From: Acidimicrobiia bacterium
GTDB taxonomy: Bacteria > Actinomycetota > Acidimicrobiia > Spongiisociales > JAENVV01
DNA: 64,000 nt
Reading direction: 5' to 3'
NCBI GenBank assembly: GCA_041586155.1
Contig: JBFHAT010000010.1
Span: 15,283 to 79,282, forward strand
Below are positions 46,153 through 58,639 of this stretch, in pieces. The notes beneath the pieces were generated by a model, which saw only the letters and a program-made list of their open reading frames with translations, searched no databases and was not told the DNA's origin. Each line of letters starts with the position of its first letter. The first letter of the stretch is position 1. The position numbers and the translations under genes are program-made.

Positions 46153-47114
46153 GATTTCGCCAATCCGGCCAGTGTTCGACCGAGTGCCAGCGGATCGTGC
46201 TGTGGCCAGACGGCGCCGTGGTCGGCGACGTCGGCCATGACCACCGTCCAGGCAGAAGTGTCGGGGTCGGGAGGACCGAGTCGTCGCAACCCTGACGGCA
46301 CCTCCAGCGGACCTTCGTGGACGATGATGGTGCCCGCCCGCAACACCCCGCCGAATTCCTGCAGCGCCGCCACGTGGTCGGTCGCGCTGAGTTCTATGGT
46401 TTCGGCGTTCTGAGTCACGAGATTCATCACGTAGATCAAATCCGCCGACGACTCATTGATGGCATGGGCGATGCCGGGGACGATCAACGCCGCGATGAGC
46501 GATGTGAACAGGCTGCCCGCCGACAGCACGATCTGATCGGCTTCGTACAAGGCGTGTACTGCCGCAGGATTCGCAGTGAGGTTGCCGGGCTGGAGGCGTA
46601 CCTCGCCGATCGCTCCGGGTGTCGTGGCGATCGCCACTTGGCCGGCCACGGCCCGTCCGGCGATCGTCGCGGTCATCCGCGCCGGCTCCAGTGCCGCCGG
46701 GTAGACGTGTCCACAGCAGTGCAAGAGCTCCTCGGCGAGGCGCAGCGCCGCCGACACGTCCCCGGTGATTTCCATCAACGCCGCCATCATCAGATTGCCG
46801 AGCGAATGGCCTCGCACGTCGCCCTTGGCGAATCGGTGGGCGAACAGCTCCGACCAGATCGTGGGCTCGGGCGCGAGGGCGAGGAGGCATTTGCGCAGGT
46901 CGCCGGGCGGCGGGATGTCCAGAGCCGGGGCGAGCCTCCCCGAAGAGCCGCCATCGTCTGCAACCGACACCACGGCCGAGACGGCGCCGGCATAGGCCTG
47001 CACCGCCTCGAGGGTTCGAGAAAGCCCAAGGCCGCCACCGACCGCGACCACGGCCGGGCCCTGAGGAGACACTCCGAGGAGTTCGAGCTCGGTCTGTGGG
47101 AGGGGTGTCGTCAT
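46149..47114 (-). CDS. yvcK: YvcK/CofD-family gluconeogenesis factor (UPF0052)
   Basis: MTTPLPQTELELLGVSPQGPAVVAVGGGLGLSRTL..VADDGGSSGRL..HSLGNL... ATG 47114 overlaps the rapZ stop as ATGA. The track ORF is over-extended to 47387. Confidence 0.9.
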   Translation of the reverse strand: MTTPLPQTELELLGVSPQGPAVVAVGGGLGLSRTLEAVQAYAGAVSAVVSVADDGGSSGRLAPALDIPPPGDLRKCLLALAPEPTIWSELFAHRFAKGDVRGHSLGNLMMAALMEITGDVSAALRLAEELLHCCGHVYPAALEPARMTATIAGRAVAGQVAIATTPGAIGEVRLQPGNLTANPAAVHALYEADQIVLSAGSLFTSLIAALIVPGIAHAINESSADLIYVMNLVTQNAETIELSATDHVAALQEFGGVLRAGTIIVHEGPLEVPSGLRRLGPPDPDTSAWTVVMADVADHGAVWPQHDPLALGRTLAGLAKS

Positions 47115-47998
47115 TTGAGTCGATCCCGGTGGCGTATCGAGGCCTCGACGTTGTGCTGATCGGCCCACTCGGCGAGGGCCCTGGCGAACGCAACCGACCG
47201 GTGGTGGCCTCCTGTGCAGCCGATGGCCACCGTCAAGTACGACTTGCCTTCTTTCTCCATTCGCGGCATCAGGAACTCGAGGAGGCCCGTCAGGCGATCG
47301 AGGAACGCCTTGGCGTCGGGCTGGGCGAACACGTAGTCGAAGACTGCTTGATCTTCTCCGGTGAGGGGTCGCAGCTCTGGTACCCAATGCGGGTTGGGGA
47401 GGAACCGCACGTCGAAGACGAGATCAGCGTCGCGAGGAGCACCGTGCTTGAACCCGAACGACAGGAACGAGACCCGCATCCGCCGGTCGAGGTCCTCGCT
47501 CTCGAACTCCTTCATCACCCGGCCGCGCAGGTCGTGCACGTTGTAGTCGGTGGTGTCGATCACGATGTCGGCCATTGCCCGTATATCGGTGAGTGTTTCA
47601 CGCTCTTGGGCGATGGATGTCTCCAGATCGCCCCCGGGCACGGGATGGGGTCGGCGGACTTCGCCGAACCGGCGGACCAGTGCCTCGTCGGTGGCGTCGA
47701 GGAAGAGAACGGCGGTGTCGAGGCCGACCCGCTCGAGCCGTCCAACCTGGTCGCGAAGGTCAAGCTCCCTGATGCCCCCGCGCACATCGACCACCACGGC
47801 CAGGCGCTCGTTTCCGTCGGAGAAATCACGGTATTTGGCGACTTCGCTGATCAGCCCGAGGGGGAGGTTGTCGATGACCGAATAGCCGAGATCTTCGAGG
47901 ACGCGGGCGACCGTCGACTTACCGGCGCCGGACATCCCGGTGACGACGACGACATTCGGTTGACGCACATCGACCTTCCGCCTCGACCTGGCCGCCAT
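47111..47998 (-). CDS. rapZ: RNase adapter protein RapZ
   Basis: ..VVVVTGMSGAGKSTVARVLEDLGYSVIDNLP.., ..IGCTGGHHRSV..; 295 aa. Confidence 0.94.
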   Translation of the reverse strand: MAARSRRKVDVRQPNVVVVTGMSGAGKSTVARVLEDLGYSVIDNLPLGLISEVAKYRDFSDGNERLAVVVDVRGGIRELDLRDQVGRLERVGLDTAVLFLDATDEALVRRFGEVRRPHPVPGGDLETSIAQERETLTDIRAMADIVIDTTDYNVHDLRGRVMKEFESEDLDRRMRVSFLSFGFKHGAPRDADLVFDVRFLPNPHWVPELRPLTGEDQAVFDYVFAQPDAKAFLDRLTGLLEFLMPRMEKEGKSYLTVAIGCTGGHHRSVAFARALAEWADQHNVEASIRHRDRLK

Positions 47999-48010
47999 GC
48001 TAGGCGGGTG

Positions 48011-49834
48011 TCACCTCCGCAAGGCCTCGTACACCTCCTCGGCAACCCCGGCGGGCACCACATCGGACAGGTCGTCGACACTGGCCGCTCGCAGCCGTTT
48101 GAGACTCCCGAAACGCCTCATCAGCAGCCGCTTCCGGGTCGGCCCAACCCCAGGAACGTCATCGAGGATGGAATCGATCATCCGCTTCCCGCGTAGCTGA
48201 CGGTGGTAAGTGACGGCGAACCGGTGCGCCTCGTCTCTGACTCTCTGCAGTAAGTAGAGCGCCGGCTCGTCGCGGGGAATGCGCACCGTGTCGGCCCGGC
48301 CGGGCAGGTACACCTCTTCCATCCTCTTGGCGAGGCCGGCGACGGGGATGTCCAAGCCCAGTTCGTCGAGCACACGGACGGCCCGCCCCACTTGTCCGGC
48401 GCCCCCGTCGATCAGTAGGAGTGACGGCGGGTAGCTGAACCGGCCACGCTCGTCTGGCGGCAGCTCACGCTCGCGTAGGTAGGCCCCGAAACGGCGCCGC
48501 AGCACTTCTTCCATCGATGCGAAATCGTCCTGGCCTCGCACCCACTTCACCTTGAAGCGGCGGTAGTCGGAGCGGCGTGGCAGCCCGTCTTCCAGCACCA
48601 CCATGGAGCCGACGGTGTGGCTTCCCTGCATCGTGGAGATGTCGAAGCATTCGATGCGGAGGGGTGGCGCTGGCAAATCCAGCGCCTGCTGCAACGACCG
48701 CAGGGCTCGTGCCCGGGCGTTGGGGTCCGATTGACGGCGTAGCCGGTGACGTCCCAGCGTCTCCTTGGCGTTGACGTGCGCCGTCTCCAGCAGCCTCCGC
48801 TTGGCTCCTCGCTGCGGAACCCGAATCTCGACCTGCCCGCCCCGCCGCTCGGTCAGCCAGCGCCGCCAGATGTCGGTGTCGTCGGGCTCTTCGTCCACCA
48901 CCACCAAAGGCGGCGGAGTCTCACGCCCATACCGCTCGCGGAGCATCTGACCGATGAGCTCGGCGGTGGTGACCTCTTCTACTTTGTCGACGATGGTCGT
49001 GTACTGCCCGGTCAGCCTGCCCCGCCGGACGAGGAGCACCGCCAGCGCCGCTTCCAGCTCCCCATCTTCGACTGCAATCACATCGAAGTGCTCGGGACGG
49101 TCGGTGACCACTTCTTGGCGGGCGATGGCTTTCTCGAGGTCGCGCAGCTGGTCGCGTAGCCGGGCGGCCCGCTCGTACTCCTGTCGGTCCGACGCGGCCT
49201 GCATCTCGGCTCTCAGCTCGTTGCGGATCTCGACGTTGTCGCCGTCCAAGAATCGGGCCAGCCCGTCGACGTGCTGTCGGTATTGCTCTGCGGTCACGGC
49301 GCCGATACACGGCGCGGAGCACTTTTCGATGTCGTACAACAGACATGGGCGGCCACGAGAGGCATGGTCACGGAACTTGCCGTCGCTGCAGGTGCGAATC
49401 GGAAACGTCTTCAACAGGAGGTCGAGCGTGTTGCGTATGGCATATGCATGGGCGAACGGCCCGAAGTACTGATCTCCTTTGCGCCTCCGACCGCGGCGCA
49501 CTCGGGCGGCCGGCCAGTCGTCGCGCCGGGTGATCGTGAGGAACGGATACGACTTGTCGTCACGGAGCCGGATGTTGAACCGGGGCTTGTGCTTTTGGAT
49601 GAGGGAGTATTCGAGCATGAGCGCCTCGACCTCGTTGTCGGTGACGATCACGTCCACGGTGTCGGCGGCGCCCACCATGGTCCGGGTCCGGGTGGCCAGA
49701 TCCTTGTTGAAGTAGCTGATCACCCGTTTGCGCAACGATTTGGCCTTGCCGACATAGAGCACCTGGCCGTGCCGATCTCGGAAGAGATACGCCCCGGGCG
49801 CATCGGGAAGCTCGGCGGTCTTTGGTCGCTTCAT
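48011..49834 (-). CDS. uvrC: excinuclease ABC subunit C
   Basis: GIY-YIG N-terminus (PGAYLFRDRHGQVLYVGKAKSLRKR), UVR domain, C-terminal (HhH)2; 607 aa; GGAGG before the ATG. Confidence 0.96.
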   Translation of the reverse strand: MKRPKTAELPDAPGAYLFRDRHGQVLYVGKAKSLRKRVISYFNKDLATRTRTMVGAADTVDVIVTDNEVEALMLEYSLIQKHKPRFNIRLRDDKSYPFLTITRRDDWPAARVRRGRRRKGDQYFGPFAHAYAIRNTLDLLLKTFPIRTCSDGKFRDHASRGRPCLLYDIEKCSAPCIGAVTAEQYRQHVDGLARFLDGDNVEIRNELRAEMQAASDRQEYERAARLRDQLRDLEKAIARQEVVTDRPEHFDVIAVEDGELEAALAVLLVRRGRLTGQYTTIVDKVEEVTTAELIGQMLRERYGRETPPPLVVVDEEPDDTDIWRRWLTERRGGQVEIRVPQRGAKRRLLETAHVNAKETLGRHRLRRQSDPNARARALRSLQQALDLPAPPLRIECFDISTMQGSHTVGSMVVLEDGLPRRSDYRRFKVKWVRGQDDFASMEEVLRRRFGAYLRERELPPDERGRFSYPPSLLLIDGGAGQVGRAVRVLDELGLDIPVAGLAKRMEEVYLPGRADTVRIPRDEPALYLLQRVRDEAHRFAVTYHRQLRGKRMIDSILDDVPGVGPTRKRLLMRRFGSLKRLRAASVDDLSDVVPAGVAEEVYEALRR

Positions 49835-49864
49835 CCTCCGGGCGAGTGTACCGAGCGGCCTGTT

Positions 49865-50535
49865 CTAGCCCTGGGCCCTCCATCGCAAGCCCAGCAACCG
49901 GGGCGGGCCGGCCCCGCCATCGGAGGCCCACTCCACTTCCTCGGCCTTCTCCAGATCCCACCCGGCATGCGCAGCGGCCGTAAGCAACGCGCCGAGCGGG
50001 CGGTGATAGAAGCGGATGGTGCCGGCCCCGGCCCTCTCCTCGGTGGCTCCTTCCTGCAGATAGGTTCCCCAGCGCCAGAACACCTCTCCATCGGCCGGGT
50101 CGACGACCGCCGCCGCACCAGGAGGGGTGAGCACCGGGTGATTCAACACTGCGACGAGCGAGCCGTTCTCCTTCACGACTCTCCGCAGCGCCGCCAATGT
50201 GCCGTACACCTCCGCGAGGTGCTCCAGCACGAGGACCACCACCGCCGTGTCGAACGCGTGCGAGCGAAGGCAGTCGATGTCGGGTAGGCGGGCGAGGACC
50301 ACGGGAGCCGTTTTTGCCGCGGCGGAAGCCAGCACCGGATTCACGTCGAGGCCGACGAGAGTTCGGCCTTGGCGGCGCAAGCGGCGCAGCACTTGGCCCT
50401 GACCGCAGCCGACTTCGAGGATCCGTCCTTCATCGTGAACGAGCCGATCGACCAGGGGCAACACGTAGTCTTCGTAGGAAGGGTCCTCGATGACTTCACC
50501 CAGCCACCATTCGGCGAGGTCGGCCCAGTCGGGTG

Positions 50536-50539
<4 letters not shown>
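49865..50539 (-). CDS. class I SAM-dependent methyltransferase
   Basis: Motif [13 protein letters not shown]; 224 aa; 4-nt overlap with uvrA. Confidence 0.85.
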
Positions 50540-53352
<2,813 letters not shown>

Positions 53353-53362
53353 GGACCGGACG

Positions 53363-53385
53363 ATTGTACCGGGACGCCGCGACAT
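53363..53385 (-). promoter_or_regulatory. RecA-NDp-like (PafBC-type) promoter of uvrA
   Basis: Minus strand reads ATGTCGCGG-cgtcccgg(8 nt)-TACAAT-10 nt-ATG. The published consensus, as I remember it, is tTGTCRgtg-N8-TAnnnT. The upstream box matches 6/9, including the TGTCG core, with exact spacing. Confidence 0.5.
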
Positions 53386-53403
53386 CGATTCGACCGCGGA
53401 TGT

Positions 53404-55416
53404 TCATCGCTTGGCAGCCCTCTCCTGGCGGAGGTCGCGGCGCAACTCCTGAACCTCGTCGCGCAGGCGGGCGGCATACTCGAAACGCAGGTCGGCTGCC
53501 GCTTCGTGCATCTCCTCCTCGAGGCTCTTGATGAGCCGCTCCAAGTCGTCTCCTTCGAGGTCGAGCGTGATCTTGCGCTCCACCGACCTACGTCGCCGGT
53601 CCACCGACGGGGCGTCCGTCGACTGCAGCAGCTCGAGAATATCGGACACCTTCTTTCGAATGGTCTGTGGGTCGATTCCGTTGGCTTCGTTGTATTGGAT
53701 CTGGCGGAGGCGCCGACGCTGCGTCTCGCCCAAGGCCTGCTGCATGCTGTCGGTGACCTCGTCGGCGTACATCACGACCTGCCCGTCCACGTTGCGGGCG
53801 GCCCGCCCGATGGTCTGGATCAACGACGTCTTCGAACGGAGGAACCCTTCCTTGTCGGCGTCGAGGATCGCCACCAACGACACCTCGGGAAGGTCGAGGC
53901 CCTCTCGCAGCAGGTTGATGCCGACCAGTACGTCGAAATCTCCCATGCGCAGCTCCCTGAGGATCTGAACGCGCTCCAGCGTGTCGATCTCCGAGTGGAG
54001 GTAGCGGGCGCGGACGCCCATCTCGAGAAGGTACTCGGTCAGGTCCTCGGCCATCTTCTTGGTGAGTGTCGTGACGAGCACTCGTTGGTCGGCGTCGGCT
54101 CGATCGCGAATCTCATTGAGAAGGTCGTCGATCTGGCCTTTGGTGGGACGGACGATCACCTCGGGATCGACCAAGCCGGTGGGACGAATGATCTGCTCGA
54201 CGACCTGAGAAGATCGCTCCACCTCGAACGGCCCGGGCGTTGCCGACAAGAACACCACCTGGTTGGCCTTTTCCAGCCACTCGTCGAAGCGGAGCGGTCG
54301 GTTGTCCATCGCACTCGGCAAGCGGAAGCCGTGCTCCACCAGCACCAGCTTCCGGCTGCGATCGCCCTCGTGCTGGCCGCCGATCTGGGGCACGGTCACA
54401 TGGCTCTCGTCGATGATCGTCAAGTAGTCGTCGGGGAAGTAGTCGAGCAGCGTATAGGGGGCCTCACCCGCTTCCCGGCCATCCAGAAAACGCGAATAGT
54501 TCTCGATCCCGCTGCAGAACCCGATCTCCCGCATCATCTCGAGGTCGTACGAGGTCCGCATCCGGAGCCGCTGCGCCTCCAGCAGCTTGTTTGAACCTTC
54601 GAGCTCCCCCAGCCGGCGTTGCAGCTCTTCCTCGATCCCGGCGATGGCCCGCTCCATCCGCTGGCGGCTGGTGACGTAGTGGGTGGCCGGAAACACCCAC
54701 AGCTCGTCGAGCTCGTCGATGACCTCTCCGGTGACCGGGTTCATGCGCAGGATCCGTTCGACTTCGTCACCCCAGAACTCGACCCGCGCCACCGTCTCTT
54801 CGTACGACGGGAACACCTCGAGGGTGTCGCCGCGAACGCGGAATCGGCCACGAACCAGATTCACCTCGTTGCGCTCGTACTGAATGTCGACGAGACGGCG
54901 CATCGCCGCTTCGAGCGGGTACTCGACTCCCTTGTGGAGACGAAGCACCTGACCGAGATACATCTCCGGCGTGCCGAGCCCATAGATACACGACACCGAC
55001 GCAACGATGATGACATCCTCGCGAGTGAGCAGTGCGCTGGTCGCGGCATGGCGTAGCCGGTCGATCTCGTCGTTGATCGTGGCATCCTTCTCGATGAACG
55101 TGTCCGTCTGCGGCATGTACGCCTCGGGCTGGTAATAGTCGTAGTAGCTGACGAAATACTCGACCCGGTTCTTTGGGAAGAACTGACGAAACTCGTTGGC
55201 GAGCTGGGCGGCCAGCGCCTTGTTGGGCGCGATCACCAGCGTCGGGCGTTGCACCCGCTCGATCGTCCACGCCATGGTCGCCGACTTCCCCGAGCCAGTG
55301 ATGCCAAGCAGAGTCTGGAATCGATCACCCTGCTGGATGCCGGCGGCCAACGCTTGGATCGCCTGCGGCTGGTCACCTTCCGGTTCGAAGTCGGCGTGCA
55401 CCTCGAATTTCGCCAC
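53404..55416 (-). CDS. uvrB: excinuclease ABC subunit B
   Basis: (GTG)[27 protein letters not shown]..; helicase motifs; C-terminal UVR domain; 670 aa. Confidence 0.97.
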   Translation of the reverse strand: MAKFEVHADFEPEGDQPQAIQALAAGIQQGDRFQTLLGITGSGKSATMAWTIERVQRPTLVIAPNKALAAQLANEFRQFFPKNRVEYFVSYYDYYQPEAYMPQTDTFIEKDATINDEIDRLRHAATSALLTREDVIIVASVSCIYGLGTPEMYLGQVLRLHKGVEYPLEAAMRRLVDIQYERNEVNLVRGRFRVRGDTLEVFPSYEETVARVEFWGDEVERILRMNPVTGEVIDELDELWVFPATHYVTSRQRMERAIAGIEEELQRRLGELEGSNKLLEAQRLRMRTSYDLEMMREIGFCSGIENYSRFLDGREAGEAPYTLLDYFPDDYLTIIDESHVTVPQIGGQHEGDRSRKLVLVEHGFRLPSAMDNRPLRFDEWLEKANQVVFLSATPGPFEVERSSQVVEQIIRPTGLVDPEVIVRPTKGQIDDLLNEIRDRADADQRVLVTTLTKKMAEDLTEYLLEMGVRARYLHSEIDTLERVQILRELRMGDFDVLVGINLLREGLDLPEVSLVAILDADKEGFLRSKTSLIQTIGRAARNVDGQVVMYADEVTDSMQQALGETQRRRLRQIQYNEANGIDPQTIRKKVSDILELLQSTDAPSVDRRRRSVERKITLDLEGDDLERLIKSLEEEMHEAAADLRFEYAARLRDEVQELRRDLRQERAAKR

Positions 55417-55422
55417 CAGGGC

Positions 55423-55445
55423 AGCTTATCGGCTGCCCCCGACAA
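55423..55445 (-). promoter_or_regulatory. RecA-NDp (PafBC-type) promoter driving a leaderless uvrB
   Basis: Minus strand reads TTGTCGGGG-gcagccga(8 nt)-TAAGCT-gccctg-GTG(uvrB start). This is 8/9 to tTGTCRgtg, with exact N8 spacing and a TAnnnT -10. The 6 nt to the start codon imply a leaderless mRNA. The motif overlaps the last codons and TAA stop of coaE. Confidence 0.65.
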
Positions 55446-56019
55446 AAAAATCGTCGAGGAAACGGTCCAGTTCGTCGAGCTGCGGGTCGAGGTCGGCGGC
55501 TGTGCCGTCGTTGTGGATGACGAAATCCGCGGCCGCCCGCCAGGTGTCTTCGTCGGGTTGGGCGGCCAGTCTGCGACCGATGTCCAGTGGCGTCATACCC
55601 CGCCCGAGCAGCCTGGCCCGCCGCGTCGTGAGAGACGCCACCACCACGACGACCGGCCAATGGGGAAACCAGTCGCGCAGGAGGGGCACCTCGACGGCCA
55701 CGTCATTGGCGATCTCCTCGACGATTCCCTCGATCTCGGCGCGGATTCGGGGATGGGTGATGGACTCCAACCGCTCCAGCTCCTCCGGGTTGGTGAACAC
55801 CACCGACGCGAGGGCCGACCGGTCGATCCGGCTGTCGACAAGGGTCTCCGGCCAGCGGGCCACAACGTCCTCGTATGCGGCACCGTCTGGCTCGAGCACA
55901 CGGTGGCCCACCCGATCGGCGTCGATCACCACCCAGTTTCGTTGCTCGAGCGCCGATCCAACGAACGACTTGCCTGCGCCAATACCTCCCGTCAGGACGA
56001 TCCTTCGGTTACCTTTCAC
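55426..56019 (-). CDS. coaE: dephospho-CoA kinase
   Basis: (GTG)KGNRRIVLTGGIGAGKSFV..ITHPRI..; 197 aa. Confidence 0.92.
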   Translation of the reverse strand: MKGNRRIVLTGGIGAGKSFVGSALEQRNWVVIDADRVGHRVLEPDGAAYEDVVARWPETLVDSRIDRSALASVVFTNPEELERLESITHPRIRAEIEGIVEEIANDVAVEVPLLRDWFPHWPVVVVVASLTTRRARLLGRGMTPLDIGRRLAAQPDEDTWRAAADFVIHNDGTAADLDPQLDELDRFLDDFFVGGSR

Positions 56020-56039
56020 GCCGATGGAGCGTACAGCCG

Positions 56040-57530
56040 ATGGGTGAGTTCTCCGAGCGCTGGCTCAGCCGACTGCGCCGGGCGGTGTCCGGGCTCAACT
56101 GGCTCTTCGTCATCCTCGGAGTCGTCAGCACCGTCGCTTCGCCGCCCGTCACCTTCGCCGACGCCACCGCCGCCGTCCTGGCACTCACATACGTCGTCCT
56201 GATCCAGGTCGTCCCGCTGGAATGGCTGCGGCGCCCAGCAGCGAGAGAGTTCGTCGTCCTGGCGAGCACCGCGACCAGCGCAGCGGCTGCAGCGTTGAGC
56301 GGTGGGTTCGCCAGTCCTTTCGTCCTCCTCGCCATGACCCCAATCGTGATCGCGGCGGTCGTCGGTGGGTACCGACTCGGCGTGGCAACCGGTCTGCTGT
56401 CCGTTGCGATGACCGCCACTGCAGAAATGCTCAGTGCCAACCCGGATTGGATCCGTGCCTCGATCTGGATCGGGTTGGCGCTCATCATCGCCATCACATT
56501 CGGCCTGGCGAGAAAGCTCATTCTCGAAGCCGTGCAACAGGCCGACGTGATCGCAGCGCTGTCGGCGGAAACGGGGGCTCAGCTCGAACGGTTACAGAGC
56601 GCCAACAGTTTGATCTCACGTTTCGAGGACCTGACGGAGTCGGCCGAGTTGGACCCGGAGACCATCGGAACGGCACTCCTCGAATCAGTCCGCACCGCAG
56701 TCCCGTTCATCCACGGTCGTGTGCGGACGGCCGACGGCCTGGCCGTCGCCGAGCTGGGCGAGCCCTCTCCCAACGGGGAGAGCTGGTCACGGCCCATCGT
56801 GCACCGTGGCACGACGTTCGGTCGCATCGAGCTGGCGGTCGAGCGGCCCGTGACCACTCGCCAGCGCGACATCGTCGAGGACGTCCTTGCACCGGTCGGG
56901 GTCGCGTTCGCCAACATCCATTCGGTGCAGCGGATCGCCCGGGCGGCCATCGAGAACGAGCGGGCTCGGGTGGCTCGGGAGCTTCACGACGGCATCGGTC
57001 CGGCACTGGCGAGTCTCGGCCTGGCGCTCGACGTGGCACGGATGCAGTCCGGCGATCTCCCTGGTTTGGCCGGCGAGCTGGCGGACATGCGCACGACCGT
57101 TACGACGTTGGTGGAGGATGTCCGATCGAGCGTCGAGGACCTTCGCACCCCTGAGCCGGAGCCGCTGTCGGTTGCCCTCGTCGGCGTGGATACGGGAAGC
57201 ATCGGTTTGTCGGTCGACCTCGACACGAAAGCCGTACCCCGCGCCCGCCTGGCGGGTGACGTGAACGCCATCGTCGTCGAGGCCGTACGAAATGCGGTGC
57301 GCCATTCGAATGCCACGACGATCGGCGTGTTCGGCGTGCTCGATTATGACTCGGGAACGGTCACCATCGCCGACGACGGACGGGGATTCGACCCTGGCTC
57401 GGTGCCACCCGGGCACTTCGGATTGATCGGAATGCGCGAACGCGCCGAACGGATTGGAGCCGAGATTCGTTTAGAGTCTTCGCCGGATGGCACTCAGATC
57501 ACTCTCACCTGGCCGATGAGCACCACATGA
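56040..57530 (+). CDS. sensor histidine kinase, NarL-partner type (HisKA_3), polytopic N-terminus
   Basis: About 5-6 TM helices, a GAF-like middle region, H-box RARVARELHDGIGPAL, and an HATPase domain (..VEAVRNAVRHSNA..DDGRGF..GHFGLIGMRERA..). Start trimmed from 55875 to ATG 56040. Confidence 0.9.
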   Translation: MGEFSERWLSRLRRAVSGLNWLFVILGVVSTVASPPVTFADATAAVLALTYVVLIQVVPLEWLRRPAAREFVVLASTATSAAAAALSGGFASPFVLLAMTPIVIAAVVGGYRLGVATGLLSVAMTATAEMLSANPDWIRASIWIGLALIIAITFGLARKLILEAVQQADVIAALSAETGAQLERLQSANSLISRFEDLTESAELDPETIGTALLESVRTAVPFIHGRVRTADGLAVAELGEPSPNGESWSRPIVHRGTTFGRIELAVERPVTTRQRDIVEDVLAPVGVAFANIHSVQRIARAAIENERARVARELHDGIGPALASLGLALDVARMQSGDLPGLAGELADMRTTVTTLVEDVRSSVEDLRTPEPEPLSVALVGVDTGSIGLSVDLDTKAVPRARLAGDVNAIVVEAVRNAVRHSNATTIGVFGVLDYDSGTVTIADDGRGFDPGSVPPGHFGLIGMRERAERIGAEIRLESSPDGTQITLTWPMSTT

Positions 57531-58159
57531 TCTCTGTCGCCATCGCCGACGATCATCAGTTGTTTGCAGACAGTCTCTCGATGGGACTCAACTCGGTTCC
57601 TGACATTCGTGTCGCTGCCACGTTCAAGGACGGCGCCGAGCTGCTCGGCGGTCTGGACGACTTGGAGATCGACGTGCTCGTCATCGACTTGGAGATGCCA
57701 AACATCTCCGGTTTCGAGGTGCTCAATGCAGGAAGGCCGCTGCCACCCACCCTGGTCGTCACGATGCACAGCACCGAAATGCAACGTCGGCGTGCGCTCG
57801 AGTCTGGCGCTGCCGGGTTCTTGCCCAAGTCTGCGCCGCTCAACGACCTCGCTGCCGCGATCCGGGCACTCAACGCCGGCGAAGACCTGACCGAGTCAAC
57901 CACTCTCCGTGATGTTTTGCGCCAGCATCAGGAACCGGTCTACGACTCGCGTGTGCAAGCCCTGACCGCCCGAGAACGCGAATTGTTGCAGCTCCTGGCC
58001 GAGGGAGTGACGTCGACTCCCGACCTCGCCGACCAGCTCTTCATCTCGGAGAAGACCGTCAAGAACCATCTGGCGTCCATCTTCGAGAAACTCGAGGTGG
58101 CCGATCGGGCTCAAGCCGCCATCGAAGCGATCCGACTCGGGGTGGCGTCCCGGCGCTGA
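57527..58159 (+). CDS. response regulator, NarL/LuxR family
   Basis: Receiver domain (IADDH.., VLVIDLEMP) plus LuxR HTH (LTARERELLQLLAEGVTSTPDLADQLFISEKTVKNHL). It overlaps the kinase stop by 4 nt. Confidence 0.93.
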   Translation: MISVAIADDHQLFADSLSMGLNSVPDIRVAATFKDGAELLGGLDDLEIDVLVIDLEMPNISGFEVLNAGRPLPPTLVVTMHSTEMQRRRALESGAAGFLPKSAPLNDLAAAIRALNAGEDLTESTTLRDVLRQHQEPVYDSRVQALTARERELLQLLAEGVTSTPDLADQLFISEKTVKNHLASIFEKLEVADRAQAAIEAIRLGVASRR

Positions 58160-58258
58160 ACCGGCCAAGGAGCAAATAGGCCTCCCGACCTATGGTCTTT
58201 TCCACTCTAAGTGGTACCTTGTTGATCGTTATCCGTATCCCATGGGAGGGGTAGTTCG

Positions 58259-58441
58259 ATGAAATCAGCGTACAGCTGGCTCACGGTCAAGTGGGCTGAG
58301 ATGGACGATGAGGCTGGCGCGAGCATGGTGGAGTACGCCCTGCTCGTCGTTCTCATCGCCATCGTGGCAATCGCGGCGGTCGTGATCGCAGGTAAAGAGG
58401 TCTCGTCCACGTTCAGCGACATCGCCACCGGCCTGCAGTAA
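58259..58441 (+). CDS. flp: Flp-family type IVb pilin (copy 1)
   Basis: MKSAYSWLTVKWAEMDDEAG|ASMVEYALLVVLIAIVAIAAVVIAG... Flp motif G/xxxxEY followed by a hydrophobic helix. GGGAGGGG lies 8 nt before the ATG. Confidence 0.88.
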   Translation: MKSAYSWLTVKWAEMDDEAGASMVEYALLVVLIAIVAIAAVVIAGKEVSSTFSDIATGLQ

Positions 58442-58462
58442 TCCAGGGAGATCGGGGGGAGC

Positions 58463-58621
58463 ATGATCGGTCGTGTCATCCACGACGAGACCGGCGCCAA
58501 TCTGGCCGAGTACGGCTTGTTGGCAGTCCTGATCGCCATCGTCGCCATCCTGGCAGTGATCGCAACAGGCAAGGAAACGTCGAGTATGTATAGCGAGATC
58601 GCAACGAATCTCGCCGGCTGA
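58463..58621 (+). CDS. flp: Flp-family type IVb pilin (copy 2), 52 aa, not in the ORF track
   Basis: Hand translation: MIGRVIHDETG|ANLAEYGLLAVLIAIVAILAVIATGKETSSMYSEIATNLAG*. GGGGGGAG precedes the ATG. The mature part is roughly 65% identical to copy 1. Confidence 0.85.
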   Translation: MIGRVIHDETGANLAEYGLLAVLIAIVAILAVIATGKETSSMYSEIATNLAG

Positions 58622-58639
58622 TCGTGCGAAACGGTCGAA

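Noticed and set aside
49835-49864. TACACT upstream of uvrC as a third RecA-NDp promoter
   Set aside because: The 9-mer located 8 nt upstream (TAGAACAGG) lacks the TGTC core. uvrC also has a normal SD and a short leader. At most it is a generic -10 element.
58160-58258. Defined sigma-70-type promoter for flp1
   Set aside because: The region is visibly less GC-rich and contains TACCTT (58215-58220) and the palindrome CCACT-cta-AGTGG. However, the -35 match is poor, so I could not support a specific promoter call and mention it only as a place to look.
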